Program-made: the position numbers and the translations under genes
Shown: positions 41,982-52,063 of the stretch, piece after piece
Layout of the letters: every line of letters starts with the position of its first letter
How positions within the stretch are numbered: position 1 is the stretch's first letter
Source: Candidatus Bathyarchaeota archaeon
GTDB taxonomy: Archaea > Thermoproteota > Bathyarchaeia > 40CM-2-53-6
NCBI GenBank assembly: GCA_963783645.1
Contig: CAWAOH010000016.1
Span: forward strand, 11,782 to 75,781
DNA: 64,000 nucleotides
Direction of reading: 5' to 3'
The notes under the pieces: model-generated
Databases searched by the model: none
Told to the model about the DNA's origin: nothing
The model's input: the letters and a program-made list of their open reading frames with translations, nothing else

Positions 41982-42499
41982 CCTTCAACATGTGGCCAAT
42001 CTCAGGAAGAATCAGCTGTTCCATTGCTGTCTCAACCCCATCAGGTGAACCTGGAAGACAGAAGATTAGCTTTCCCTTTGCTGATCCAGCAAGTGCGCGG
42101 CTCAGCATGGCTGCTGAGCCGATCTTTTCGAAGCTAATCTTCCTGAAGAGTTCTCCGAATCCAGGAATCTCCTTCTGAAGGAAAGGTGAGACGCTCTCGA
42201 TAGTCACGTCTCTTGGCGATAGTCCTGTTCCACCCGTAATGATGAGTGCGTCGATTATCGGAGAGGATATGGTTTTCCTCACCAGTCTCCGAATCATTGG
42301 TTTCGAGTCTGAGATGAGTTGTCGTACCTGCCACTCGGTGACCCACCTGCAACACGAAGCTCTCAATAATGTCGCCAGACTTGTCGTCAGGTTTTTCTCC
42401 AGCCTTCTGCTGTGCGAATTTTGAGGTGCTGCAGGTTACGATAGAAATTCCAAGAGACTTAGGTGACATGTGCTTGTGAAGTTCAGCGACTTTGCTCAT
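41965..42499 (-). CDS. moaB: MoaB/MogA-like molybdopterin biosynthesis protein, frameshifted as assembled (near 42330)
   Basis: ORFs 42134..42499 and 41965..42366 overlap. C-terminal part has ALIITGGTGLSPRDVT and LPGSP. Confidence 0.7.
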
Positions 42500-42508
42500 T
42501 CATTTCCC

Positions 42509-42944
42509 TTAATCTTCTTCTCGACTCTTAGCGTACGTGATCGCAGTTGAGGGATATTGACCGTTAGTGTCTTTCTCATACTGTTTAGTCATATCCCAAA
42601 TCGTGAGAAGATAAGCTGAGGCAGCCGTTAGTGCCTCCATCTCGACTCCAGTCTTTGCTTCACCTTTAACATAGGATTCAACGCTGATAGTATCACGACC
42701 AATCTTATGTTCAGTTCGAACAGTTGTAATGGGTATTGAATGGCAGAATGGAAGAATTCGTGGCGTATTCTTTGCAGCCATTATTGCAGCAACTTCAGCA
42801 GCTGCTATAGCGTCTCCTTTCTCAATTGTTCCAGACTCTAAGGCGTGCGATTGTGCTTGGTTTGAGTTTGATTTCGCCAACTGCAACAGCCTCTCTCGTG
42901 ACAGTCTTCTTCGCTGAAATATCAACCATTGAGAAACGGCGCAT
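42509..42944 (-). CDS. moaC: Cyclic pyranopterin monophosphate synthase MoaC, frameshifted as assembled (+1 near 42850)
   Basis: MRRFSMVDISAKKTVTREAVAVGEIKLKPSTIA in one frame, then SGTIEKGDAIAAAEVAAIMAAKNTPRILPFCHSIP in the track ORF frame. Confidence 0.75.
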
Positions 42945-44253
42945 GAATCATCGAGTAGTAAGAGGAGTATGGGAGATAGCTATTATGCTCCCTGACGATT
43001 GATGTACTAATTTCTGTGGAGTTTCTTGCGGTTGACGTTAGTGCTTTTTCTAACTGTTCACGCATAGTAGAAGCAGGTATACTCTGCAACCCAAGCAGAG
43101 TCGTCTTCCCTCGCACTCCTTCACCGGATTTGGAGGCAGCTATTATTCCAATTGCGCCTAAACCGCGAGCATACTTCCAAATCTGAGTATGTTTTCGTGG
43201 TTCATCATCATACTCTTCGCAAACTGCTTTGTACTCGCGTTCTACGGCGCCTATGTTGCATATGCTTCTTGAGATTCTTCGAGAACTCGAGCTAACGCAA
43301 GTAGCATGTATTTTTCATGAGAGGATAGGGCGTTGATGTACTCGCCTCTCAATGTTGGATATACGCTTCCGGCGGCTTTTCGAACATGATCTGCGGAAAC
43401 ACGTTTCGAAGCTTCAGAATCAGCATATTTGCCTGCACGCCAGAGAAGTTCAATCGAGTATCGTGCATCGCCACTCTGGCCGCCGATGTCGGCGACGAGT
43501 TGAAGTGCTTCATCAGATAATGTGTTCTCTTTGAAAGCTAATTCAACTCGATCATTAAGAATTGTAATCAATTGAGAGAGTCGTACTTGTCGAGTTTGAC
43601 GATGTTCCGTTGGAGAGTATCGGTGGTGCTCTTGTCAAGCTGCTGAAGATATTCTTGTTCGCGGAGGATGCAAATGAGTGAGAGGCGTATCGGTTTGCCG
43701 ACGCGTTCTTCCTGGATGCGTGTAAGGTTGTAAATGGGATTAGGCCCTTCTGTTCTGATGAGATGTTCCAGCTCGTCTAGTGCAAGTATCAGGTGCATGT
43801 TCTTGTCGTCAAGTATGTCCATTAACGTTTGCAGAAGTTCTTCCGGTGCAAAACCACGTTTTGGGAATTCGGGTTCGAACTGTGTCAGAACCCGTTTTAT
43901 GATCATGAAGAGGCTGCCTTTCGCTTCGCGACAGTTTACGTGGATATATTGAAGGTTGATTTTGCGATTCTTAGCCGCCCTAACAAGGTCTGCTCCGAAG
44001 CGTTGGGATAGAACGGTCTTTCCTGTTCCCACATCTCCTGTGATGAGTACACGTTGACTAGTCGAGAATGGGCTCTCGATAGAGAATCGAAAGAGTTGGG
44101 TGAGAAAACGCATCTGTGCGTCGCGATGCAGCAGTCGTCGGCGGCATATATTCCAAGGAGAGGGGTGTCTCGTCTTTGAATACGGTGGGTCCGCGCTAAC
44201 GTTTCGTTTACGATGTCTGATGACAATTGAACGAGAGCCCCTACTCTCGACAA
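42922..44253 (-). pseudogene. cdc6: Orc1/Cdc6 initiator, at least 4 frame interruptions
   Basis: VFKDETPLSLEYMPP (one frame), RLLHRDAQ...ITGDVGTGKT...ALDELEHL (43568..44113), the lid domain (43251..43571), and a winged-helix part GVRGKTTLLGLQSIP in 42922..43250, all in different frames. Confidence 0.8.
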
Positions 44254-44438
44254 GCTTAGATTACCTCAATCTTATGTGCTTTTGTTGCGTGATCAGATAA
44301 AAGCCAGAGAGCTAGGTGAAAATGATGGTGTTCCCACGTTGAGCTCGAAGACTCGAATCACGTGGGTTGATCCTATTCTATTGATTCTTGCAATCCTAGC
44401 GGCTGAAGTTAGCTATGGCATAGCGGGAATGTGAAAAA

Positions 44439-45470
44439 TCAGCTTCCATGTGTTTCAATGACTCGATATAGCTCATCACGTTCGGATGCTGTGATCTCAG
44501 TTGTCGACCCATCTGCTCTGACTAGTTTTCTTCCTTTCTTGCGATCTGTGAATTTGCCTATTATCTCAGCTTCAATTCCTTTTTGTCTGAGACGACGTAC
44601 AATGTGATTGGCTTTTCGATTGTCTGCTGCAATGAGTAGGCAGCCCGAACTCATTAGTCGCAAAGGATCCACATGAAGCATGGCGCAAATTCGCCTAGTC
44701 TCATCGCGTATAGCAATTTTCGTTTCGTCAACCAAGAAGCCTACCTTGGACGCTTCTGCAATTTCCCATATCCCTTGCAGAACTCCTCCTTCTGTAGGGT
44801 CGTGCATGGCGCTAACTCCGCCGACTCCAACTGCAACCATGGCATCTCCAACGATGCTGATTGAATGTCGCAGACCCTTCGCTCGGGCAAGGACTTTATT
44901 ATCAACCTTCAATCTGCGAGAGAAATCCATTGCGAGTAAGGCTGTGCCCTCAATACCAGCAGATTTGGTCATAATCAAGTTGTGATTCGGACGTGCACCA
45001 CTCGAAGTGATAAACTTCTTTTCGTCGACGACACCAACCATGTAGCCAACAACAATTGGCTTCTTAAGACCGGGAGTGACTTCGGTGTGCCCTCCAACTA
45101 CGGCCACGCGGAGTTCCTTTGCAGCAGCGTCGACCTGTCGCATTATCAATTCGACGGTGCGAGCGTTCGATTTCTCAGGTAGAAGCAAATCGCAAAGGAA
45201 CCATCGTGGCCTTGCTCCCCTACACGCAATGTCGTTTGCGTTGATGTGAACCGAGAGCCAGCCAATATCAGAAGCTGTACCAGTAACCGGGTCCGTCGTA
45301 AACACAAGAACCTTACCGCGAAACGAGACTAATGCAGCGTCTTCACCAATAGAGGATCCGAGAATAACGGAAGGATCATTACGCCCTCTGTATCGAAGGA
45401 CTGTACGAACCAATATGTCCGTGGGAATCTTGCCGGTCCTAAACGGGCGCATAGGTATCAGCTCACACAT
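44439..45470 (-). CDS. AIR-synthase-related protein (PurM/HypE/ThiL superfamily)
   Basis: 343 aa. GEDAALV, the N-terminal dimerisation block and a C-terminal PurM-like domain. Confidence 0.65.
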   Translation of the reverse strand: MCELIPMRPFRTGKIPTDILVRTVLRYRGRNDPSVILGSSIGEDAALVSFRGKVLVFTTDPVTGTASDIGWLSVHINANDIACRGARPRWFLCDLLLPEKSNARTVELIMRQVDAAAKELRVAVVGGHTEVTPGLKKPIVVGYMVGVVDEKKFITSSGARPNHNLIMTKSAGIEGTALLAMDFSRRLKVDNKVLARAKGLRHSISIVGDAMVAVGVGGVSAMHDPTEGGVLQGIWEIAEASKVGFLVDETKIAIRDETRRICAMLHVDPLRLMSSGCLLIAADNRKANHIVRRLRQKGIEAEIIGKFTDRKKGRKLVRADGSTTEITASERDELYRVIETHGS

Positions 45471-45525
45471 GACATATCATGCTTTAAATTACGTCGTTAC
45501 CTCATGAACCGCCAGTGAAACCGAA

Positions 45526-45876
45526 ATGATTCGATCGATTATTAACGTGGCCATCGTAGTATCCGATGCTCAAAAATCCTCCGAATGGTACCGAGACAAA
45601 TTGGGTTTAGAGATCCGATCGAACGAAGGCCACTGGATAACAGTGGCACCAAAGGGCTCCGATGTAGTCATACACTTGTGTGCACCATACGAGGGAAACC
45701 CACTCGAACCTGGCAACACGGGGATAGCATTTCGCGTCAACGATCTCGACAGCACCTACAATGAATTTAGCAAGAAAGGAGTAGAATTCACGGTCAAACC
45801 GAAAAAAGAAGAGTGGGGAAGCTACGCCATGTTCAAGGATCCAGATGGAAACGTATTCTGGCTCATGCCAGAATAG
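45526..45876 (+). CDS. VOC (glyoxalase/bleomycin-resistance) family protein
   Basis: 116 aa. VSDAQKSSEWYRDKLGL and FKDPDGNVFWL blocks. Confidence 0.8.
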   Translation: MIRSIINVAIVVSDAQKSSEWYRDKLGLEIRSNEGHWITVAPKGSDVVIHLCAPYEGNPLEPGNTGIAFRVNDLDSTYNEFSKKGVEFTVKPKKEEWGSYAMFKDPDGNVFWLMPE

Positions 45877-46056
45877 AGCTCATACTCAGTCCGGAGATCA
45901 AAGCGGCTCCTATCCTCCTAGCTTTTCTTAGGCATGTTCTAGGAAAGTGCGGGCTCGATACTCAAGATCTATTTCATTCAGAAATCAATTGGGCCAGACT
46001 CGTCATCGCCCGCCATTGCAATTCATTAGAGACTTGCTAATTTGCATATCTAGTGC

Positions 46057-47040
46057 GTGAAGAAAGTGCAGTCGATTAGTGTAATTCCCATCGGCTTTGA
46101 AAGTCTCGGCGTGAGATCAATGTGTACATTCGTCGAGACGCCCGATGTAAGAATGCTAATCGACGCGGGAGTTGCATTGGGACCACGGTTTGGGAAAAAA
46201 CCACATCCCAGAGAATATCAAGCACGCACGTTATGCCGCTCCAAGATCAGAGAGTACGCGTTAAAATCGCAAGTTATCTTTGTATCTCATTACCACAACG
46301 ATCATCACACGCCCAACTATACCGAAACGGTGTGGTTGGGAAGCAGCGCAGAAGAAGCAGAACAAATCTACAGAGACAAAACTGTGATTATGAAAAGCTT
46401 TCGAGACTCAATAAACTTCTCCCAGCGCAAGCGCGGTTGGATGTTCCAAAGGTTCCTCAAAGGAATCGGCAGCAAATGCGCAGTTGGAGACGGAACCAAG
46501 TTCGAATTTGGAAACACGATAGTGAAAGTGTCTAAACCAGTTCCGCATGGCGAAAGAGCGTCAGGACTTGGCTGGGTAATAATGACAACGATTGAGTCGG
46601 AACAAGAGAAGATCATGCACGCATCTGATGTTCAAGGGCCAATGTCAAAACAGACTACGAATACAATTCTGAAGGAGAAACCGGATCTACTCGTTCTTGG
46701 TGGACCACCATTCTACCTCGACAAAGTGAAAGTGGACACGAAAGCAATTCAGGAAGGCATCGCTAACGCTAGCAGGATCGCTCGTAGCGTGCCGACCGTG
46801 ATCTTCGAACACCACGCTCTCCGCTCAGAGAACTGGCGTGAGGAAATTCGGCCAATATGTGATGCTGGTAGAGGAGTCGGTCATACAGTCATTACGGCAG
46901 CAGAATATCTCGGGTTGAAGCCTAACGCGCTCGAGTCGATGCGACAACAACTATATGCAGACGATCCACCACCTGAATCGTTTCTCAAATGGTGCGCACT
47001 AGAGCGGGACAAGCAGAAGCACATCCCTCCCCCCATCTAA
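46057..47040 (+). CDS. MBL-fold metallo-hydrolase (archaeal UPF0282-like)
   Basis: 327 aa. VSHYHNDHH metal motif. Confidence 0.6.
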   Translation: MKKVQSISVIPIGFESLGVRSMCTFVETPDVRMLIDAGVALGPRFGKKPHPREYQARTLCRSKIREYALKSQVIFVSHYHNDHHTPNYTETVWLGSSAEEAEQIYRDKTVIMKSFRDSINFSQRKRGWMFQRFLKGIGSKCAVGDGTKFEFGNTIVKVSKPVPHGERASGLGWVIMTTIESEQEKIMHASDVQGPMSKQTTNTILKEKPDLLVLGGPPFYLDKVKVDTKAIQEGIANASRIARSVPTVIFEHHALRSENWREEIRPICDAGRGVGHTVITAAEYLGLKPNALESMRQQLYADDPPPESFLKWCALERDKQKHIPPPI

Positions 47041-47141
47041 GATTCATTGTTTCCTCTGGCATTATATCGTAAATTTAGTAAATACTCAGACGTTATTTCA
47101 CTTCTCCCAGACTAACCTACTGAGCAAGTCACGGAAGAGCG

Positions 47142-49055
47142 TTGTTCAGTTTGATTTCAAATTTGAAAGGGAGCAAGGTGGAGTATCCTCCCAAACTAAC
47201 AGCCATGCTGAAACACGCTCTCGAAGATCCAGAAGGGTTCTGGGGAGAAATTGCAGGAGAACTCCACTGGTTCAAACAATGGGACAAGGTTCTCGAATGG
47301 AATCCTCCAGACTTCACATGGTTCAAAGGGGGAGTAACCAATCTCGCCTACAATTGCCTAAACATGAACATCAAAAAGGGCAGAGGCAGTCGTGCTGCTA
47401 TCATATGGGAAAGTGGAGAGGGCTTACCGACTCGCACCATAACATACGATCAACTGTATCGAGATGTCGGAAAGTTTGCGAATGCCTTGAAGGCACTGGG
47501 TGTCGGTCGAGGCGACAGAGTCACCATCTACATGCCCATGGTGCCTGAAGCGGCGGTCGCAATGTTAGCGACGACCAGAATAGGGGCAATACACTCGGTG
47601 ATCTTCGGAGGCTTTGGATTTGGAGCGATAGCCGACCGCATCGAAGATGCTGACTCAAAAATCGTAGTGACCGCGGACGTCGCTTACCGACGCGGAGGCG
47701 AGGTCAAACTCAAAGAGATTGTTGACGAAGCTCTGATAGCTTCAGGTAAAAAGATCGAGAAAGTAATAGTTCTGAAACGAGGAAACAAGAACCTTCCAAT
47801 GATGGCGGACAGAGACATTTCATGGGAAGACGCAGTATCGCACGGCAAAAGCGCCGAAGTTGAGAAGATGCGTGCAGATGAGTTGGCGTTTATACTTCAC
47901 ACTTCAGGAACAACGGCGAAACCGAAAGGTACCGTGCAGCCACACGGAAGTTATCAAGTCTACATCTACGCGATGGGCAAATGGGTCTATGACATGCAAC
48001 CTGATGATGTCTGGTGGTCTACTTCAGACATTGGCTGGATCGTTGGACACAGCTACGTTGTGTATGCACCGCTCCTCTTCGGTTGCACCACAATCATGTA
48101 CGAAGGATTACCTGACTATCCAACGCCAGACATTTGGTGGCGTATAATCGAAAAGAACCGTGTCACCAAACTGTGGATCTCACCCACCGGTGCACGGAGC
48201 CTAATGAAATATGGCGACGAATACCCAAAGAAGTATGACCGAAGCTCAGTGAAGCTGGTAGCTTGCGCAGGCGAGGTGCTCAACCCACCTGCTTGGGAAT
48301 GGCTGCAAAAAACTGTGTTCGAGGACAGAATCCCCGTCATTGACCACATGTGGCAGACCGAGACGAGTGGTCCGCTGGTAGGAAACCCGTACGGAATCTC
48401 ACTGCTTCCGATCAAACCTGGATCGGCGGCCATTCCGCTTCCAGGAGTGGATGCTTTGATTGTTGATGAGCAAGGAAATCCTGTGAACACAGGAGTCGAA
48501 GGCACTTTCGTAGTGAGAAGGCCATTTCCCGGCCTAACGCCAAGCCTCTGGCGTGATCATCAAAGGTACGTCGAGAATTATTGGAACCGGATCCCTGGCG
48601 TATACACAACCGGCGACGCGGCAATGATGGATGGTGATGGATATCTCTGGTTTTTGGGAAGAGTTGACGAGGTCATAAAGATCTCCGCTCATAGAATTGG
48701 TACCATCGAAATTGAGAGCGCATTGCTTCGACACCCAAGCATCGCGGAAACTGCGGTGATTGGTCGAGCTGACCAACTTCGAGGAGAAACGGCATGTGCA
48801 TTCGTCGTCCTGAAATCCGGGTCAGCGCCAAATGAGATTCTGAAGGACGATTTGAGGCAACTCGTCCGAAAGACTCTGGGACCAATAGTGATCGTCAGTG
48901 ACATTTACTTTGTTAACAAGCTACCAAAAACTCGAAGCGGAAAGATAATGCGACGTGTGATCAAGTCCCTGGTTGCAGGGAAACCGTTGGGCGACTATTC
49001 AACCATAGAGGACGAAACCTCAATCGACGAACTTAGGAAAGCCGTATCAGGGTAA
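47142..49055 (+). CDS. acs: Acetyl-CoA synthetase (AMP-forming)
   Basis: 637 aa. HTSGTTAKPKG, YTTGDAAMMDGDGYLWFLGRVDEVIK, PKTRSGKIMRR. Confidence 0.9.
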   Translation: MFSLISNLKGSKVEYPPKLTAMLKHALEDPEGFWGEIAGELHWFKQWDKVLEWNPPDFTWFKGGVTNLAYNCLNMNIKKGRGSRAAIIWESGEGLPTRTITYDQLYRDVGKFANALKALGVGRGDRVTIYMPMVPEAAVAMLATTRIGAIHSVIFGGFGFGAIADRIEDADSKIVVTADVAYRRGGEVKLKEIVDEALIASGKKIEKVIVLKRGNKNLPMMADRDISWEDAVSHGKSAEVEKMRADELAFILHTSGTTAKPKGTVQPHGSYQVYIYAMGKWVYDMQPDDVWWSTSDIGWIVGHSYVVYAPLLFGCTTIMYEGLPDYPTPDIWWRIIEKNRVTKLWISPTGARSLMKYGDEYPKKYDRSSVKLVACAGEVLNPPAWEWLQKTVFEDRIPVIDHMWQTETSGPLVGNPYGISLLPIKPGSAAIPLPGVDALIVDEQGNPVNTGVEGTFVVRRPFPGLTPSLWRDHQRYVENYWNRIPGVYTTGDAAMMDGDGYLWFLGRVDEVIKISAHRIGTIEIESALLRHPSIAETAVIGRADQLRGETACAFVVLKSGSAPNEILKDDLRQLVRKTLGPIVIVSDIYFVNKLPKTRSGKIMRRVIKSLVAGKPLGDYSTIEDETSIDELRKAVSG

Positions 49056-49069
49056 TTGGAGATGAAGGT

Positions 49070-49849
49070 TTGCCACTGGTTCTAAGCGAAATTGACGGGC
49101 CCCTCGGCACAATAACTCTGAATCACCCCGAGAAGCGCAACTGTCTGAGTGCGCCTCTCATCACTGAGCTTTGCAGTACGCTGGATAGGTTCGAGGAAAC
49201 CGGTATCAGAGTAGTCATACTGCGTGCAAAGCCAGGCGTCAAAGTATGGTCGTCCGGATATGATGTTAACGAACTCAGTCGACCCGGGCGTGATCCTCTT
49301 CCCTACGAAGCACCCTTTGAGCACCTATTACGACGCGTCCAGAGCTACCCCGATCCCGTCATTGCGATGATTGAAGGCAGTGTTTGGGGTGGTGCATGTG
49401 ACTTGGCGTATACATGCGACATTCTGATCGGATGCGAAACTGCCTCTTTTGCTCTCACACCTGCAAAACTCGGAATTCCATACACAACGTCTGGAATGAT
49501 ACATTTCATCAACATGGTTGGACTCAACAAAGCCAAGGAAATGTTCTTCACAGCAGCTCCGATTGCAGCTTCTGAAGCTTTAGCCGTCGGCATCTTGAAT
49601 CATCTAGTACCAGTCACAGAACTTGAAAACTATGCTCATGAAATAGCCAATAGGATCCTTCAAAATGCTCCTCTCGCAGTGAGAGGGTTCAAAGAACAAT
49701 TCCGCTTGCTATCCAAGGGGCATTCTATAGATGCTGAAACCGCTGAAAAGATCCAATCTCGGCGCCGCCTAGTATACGACAGCGAAGACTACATAGAAGG
49801 TGTACGGGCATTTCAGGAGAAACGCCCGCCCAGATTCAAAGGCAAATGA
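49070..49849 (+). CDS. Enoyl-CoA hydratase/isomerase (crotonase) family protein
   Basis: 259 aa. ITLNHPEKRN and GSVWGGACDLAYTCD oxyanion-hole region. Confidence 0.85.
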   Translation: MPLVLSEIDGPLGTITLNHPEKRNCLSAPLITELCSTLDRFEETGIRVVILRAKPGVKVWSSGYDVNELSRPGRDPLPYEAPFEHLLRRVQSYPDPVIAMIEGSVWGGACDLAYTCDILIGCETASFALTPAKLGIPYTTSGMIHFINMVGLNKAKEMFFTAAPIAASEALAVGILNHLVPVTELENYAHEIANRILQNAPLAVRGFKEQFRLLSKGHSIDAETAEKIQSRRRLVYDSEDYIEGVRAFQEKRPPRFKGK

Positions 49850-49911
49850 ATCTGCAGTCCATCAACCTGATAAAATAACAGGGAAAAGTGGGGATAGGGA
49901 CTTACCACAGG

Positions 49912-50079
49912 TTAAGCACCCGCGAGCTTTGTCGCTTGACGGAACTTCTTACCGCATTGCGGACATGAGTAATGTTTGATGTGCAGCGCTGGACCTCGAC
50001 CGTCCTTCGGGTGCATGTCCCATTCCTTAGCTGGTCCTATCACTTCGCCTCCGCATTTCATGCATTTTACCAAAAACAT
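49912..50079 (-). CDS. Small zinc-ribbon protein (55 aa, below the track cutoff)
   Basis: My own translation: MFLVKCMKCGGEVIGPAKEWDMHPKDGRGPALHIKHYSCPQCGKKFRQATKLAGA. Confidence 0.45.
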   Translation of the reverse strand: MFLVKCMKCGGEVIGPAKEWDMHPKDGRGPALHIKHYSCPQCGKKFRQATKLAGA

Positions 50080-50218
50080 TCACCTCGATTTGGCCACAGC
50101 CAGGCGGAAGACATGGAGGGAAACAGCAAAGCTTGGCGGGCTATTGACACAATTAGGTGGGGGTTACTCCATGTCCAAACCGCTTGTGCTGTCATGATGC
50201 GTCCATACTGCTTTAATG

Positions 50219-50254
50219 GTATATTAGTGTTTCATTTACGGTACACTAATATAC
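50219..50254. promoter_or_regulatory. Perfect 12-bp inverted repeat GTATATTAGTGT-N12-ACACTAATATAC in a divergent intergenic region
   Basis: Read directly. Both arms contain TATA-like TAATATA. It lies 62 nt upstream of 50316 (+) and 140 nt from 50079 (-). Confidence 0.4.
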
Positions 50255-50315
50255 TCCCAACCTTACTGTACAGCCATTAGGTTATCACAAAGCATTGTCA
50301 GGAGGTTGAGAAATA

Positions 50316-50483
50316 ATGAATGGAGAATCAAGACGAAGCTTCGCAGTGGTGCTTGCTTCTTTCGCAATTGGAGCGACTGTTGCAGCGATTCTGGGCAACT
50401 CGAAGACTCGCGAAAAGCTAGCTGAGCATGGGAAGAAGGCTGCTGAACGGAGCAAGAAACTTCTGCACCGTGCTGAGGCGTGA
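50316..50483 (+). CDS. YtxH-like small membrane-anchored protein (55 aa)
   Basis: AGGAGG 8 nt upstream. MNGESRRSFAVVLASFAIGATVAAILGNSKTREKLAEHGKKAAERSKKLLHRAEA. The 75-aa minus-strand ORF here is probably spurious. Confidence 0.5.
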   Translation: MNGESRRSFAVVLASFAIGATVAAILGNSKTREKLAEHGKKAAERSKKLLHRAEA

Positions 50484-50588
50484 ACAGATGAGGCGGTCTT
50501 AGGCCCGCCCATACCCTTCTAATTTTCCGTTCCCGAGTTACCGAATAATTTTAAATTGAGTGCATGCGTGGTTTACTGGGGCGCGTGA

Positions 50589-51176
50589 GTGGGGCCTCCC
50601 ACCCGTTGCGCCAGAGAAACCCCGGTGTCGGGAGGTAAACAGTTGAAGAGTAAGAACGCAATCTACATGACCCTAACCGCCGTATTCGCGGCGCTCTACG
50701 CAGTGGGTGTAGTTTTCCTAGCGCCGATCAGTTTTCAAGTGTTTCAAGTAAGGATAGCAGACGCGCTCCTTCCATTGGCGATGCTCTTCGGGTGGCCAGC
50801 AATCGTAGGCTTGAGTCTAGGCGCATTCGTCGCTAACTTCTTCGGTGGTCTCGGCCCTGTTGATATTATCGGAGGAGCCATAGCGAATTTCATTGCTACA
50901 TTAGTCGCCTGGAAGATTGGTCACGGGAGGAGACGCACGAGTGTATTGGCAGGTATCGTGGCGGAAATTGCCATAATTACCTTCATTGTTGGCCCGTACC
51001 TGAGTTACTTGATCGGCATGCCACTGACCATCGGATTACTCGGTGTCTTCTTGGGAAGTGTAGTTGCGATTGGTGTTCTAGGTAGCATCCTCTTCTTTGC
51101 GCTCTCAAGCTCGCGAGTGGCTTCTATGTTTAGATCTTCGAATGTCTTCAAGCAGCCGTCGTCATCTGAAGACTAA
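50589..51176 (+). CDS. queT: QueT-family (queuosine-precursor) transporter; true start probably TTG 50643 or ATG 50667
   Basis: FQVRIADALLPLAMLFGWPAIVGLSLGAFVANFFGGLGPVDIIGGAIANF matches the QueT pattern. The first ~18 codons of the track ORF overlap a GC-rich structured leader. Confidence 0.6.
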   Translation: MGPPTRCARETPVSGGKQLKSKNAIYMTLTAVFAALYAVGVVFLAPISFQVFQVRIADALLPLAMLFGWPAIVGLSLGAFVANFFGGLGPVDIIGGAIANFIATLVAWKIGHGRRRTSVLAGIVAEIAIITFIVGPYLSYLIGMPLTIGLLGVFLGSVVAIGVLGSILFFALSSSRVASMFRSSNVFKQPSSSED

Positions 51177-51205
51177 CAATCCATCATACTCTGCAGGTGA
51201 GTTGG

Positions 51206-51726
51206 ATGACCGGAAGAATCGAATTAGCGTTGGGTGATATAACACTACAGAAAGTTGATGCTATTGTCAACGCCGCAACAGTACCCTCCTGGGCGGAGGG
51301 GGAGTAGATGGAGCTATTCATCGCGCAGCTGGTCCTCAGTTGCTCGAAGAATGTAGGCAATTGGGAGGATGTCCAACAGGTGAGGCAAGGATTACTAAAG
51401 GATACAGAATATCTGCGAAGTACGTGATTCATACGGTTGGGCCAATTTGGAGAGGGGGCGATCGAGGAGAGGACGATCAGCTGCGTAATTGTTATCGGAA
51501 CACTATGAGGTTGGCAGCAGAGAACAGAGTTAAGACGATCGCGTTTCCGTCGATTAGCACCGGAGCCTATGGTTTTCCCATAAATCGTGCAACAAAGATC
51601 GCTGTCTGGACAGTAACCGAGTGCCTTGATATGCTGAAGACATTTGAGCGAGTGATTTTCATATGCTTTTCAAAAAACGATTACGCCGTATACCAGCGTG
51701 AGTTAGTAGGGCTGAGCGAATCTTGA
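51206..51726 (+). CDS. Macro-domain protein (ADP-ribose / O-acetyl-ADP-ribose hydrolase type), -1 frameshift at 51277
   Basis: [24 protein letters not shown], then one missing A. The downstream frame reads [20 protein letters not shown]... and continues into track ORF 51340..51726. Confidence 0.8.
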
Positions 51727-51739
51727 TCGAGATTCGGGT

Positions 51740-51946
51740 TTATGCGTCTGATGGCATAGGCATTTCCAAGTTCAGTCTCAGAATCTTCTTGAAAGTGTTA
51801 GTGATCTGCACATCTTGGTAAGAGTTCATCCATTCGTTTTGCAGATCTCTCCCAAGTCTAAGAGTTAACTCAAAGTCAGGCAGGTAATCCCCAAGCATCA
51901 GCAAAGCATCAGTGATCCCACGTGGGGTTCTCTCCGTCGGTTTCAT
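51740..51946 (-). CDS. Hypothetical small protein (68 aa)
   Basis: ORF only. Confidence 0.3.
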   Translation of the reverse strand: MKPTERTPRGITDALLMLGDYLPDFELTLRLGRDLQNEWMNSYQDVQITNTFKKILRLNLEMPMPSDA

Positions 51947-52063
51947 CTTCTTCTCTTCTGTCTGTTGATGGATGCGGTAGCTTCGTGGATCGTGATGAAT
52001 GTGACGGTTAATTGCCTAGAAGCAAGTAGAAAAGAGGGAATAAGCCAGCTATTGTGACTTACG

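Noticed and set aside
50579-50645. Calling the queT leader a preQ1 riboswitch
   Set aside because: The hairpin loop (4 nt) and the 3' tail do not fit the preQ1-I consensus as I recall it. It is kept only as an unclassified structured leader.
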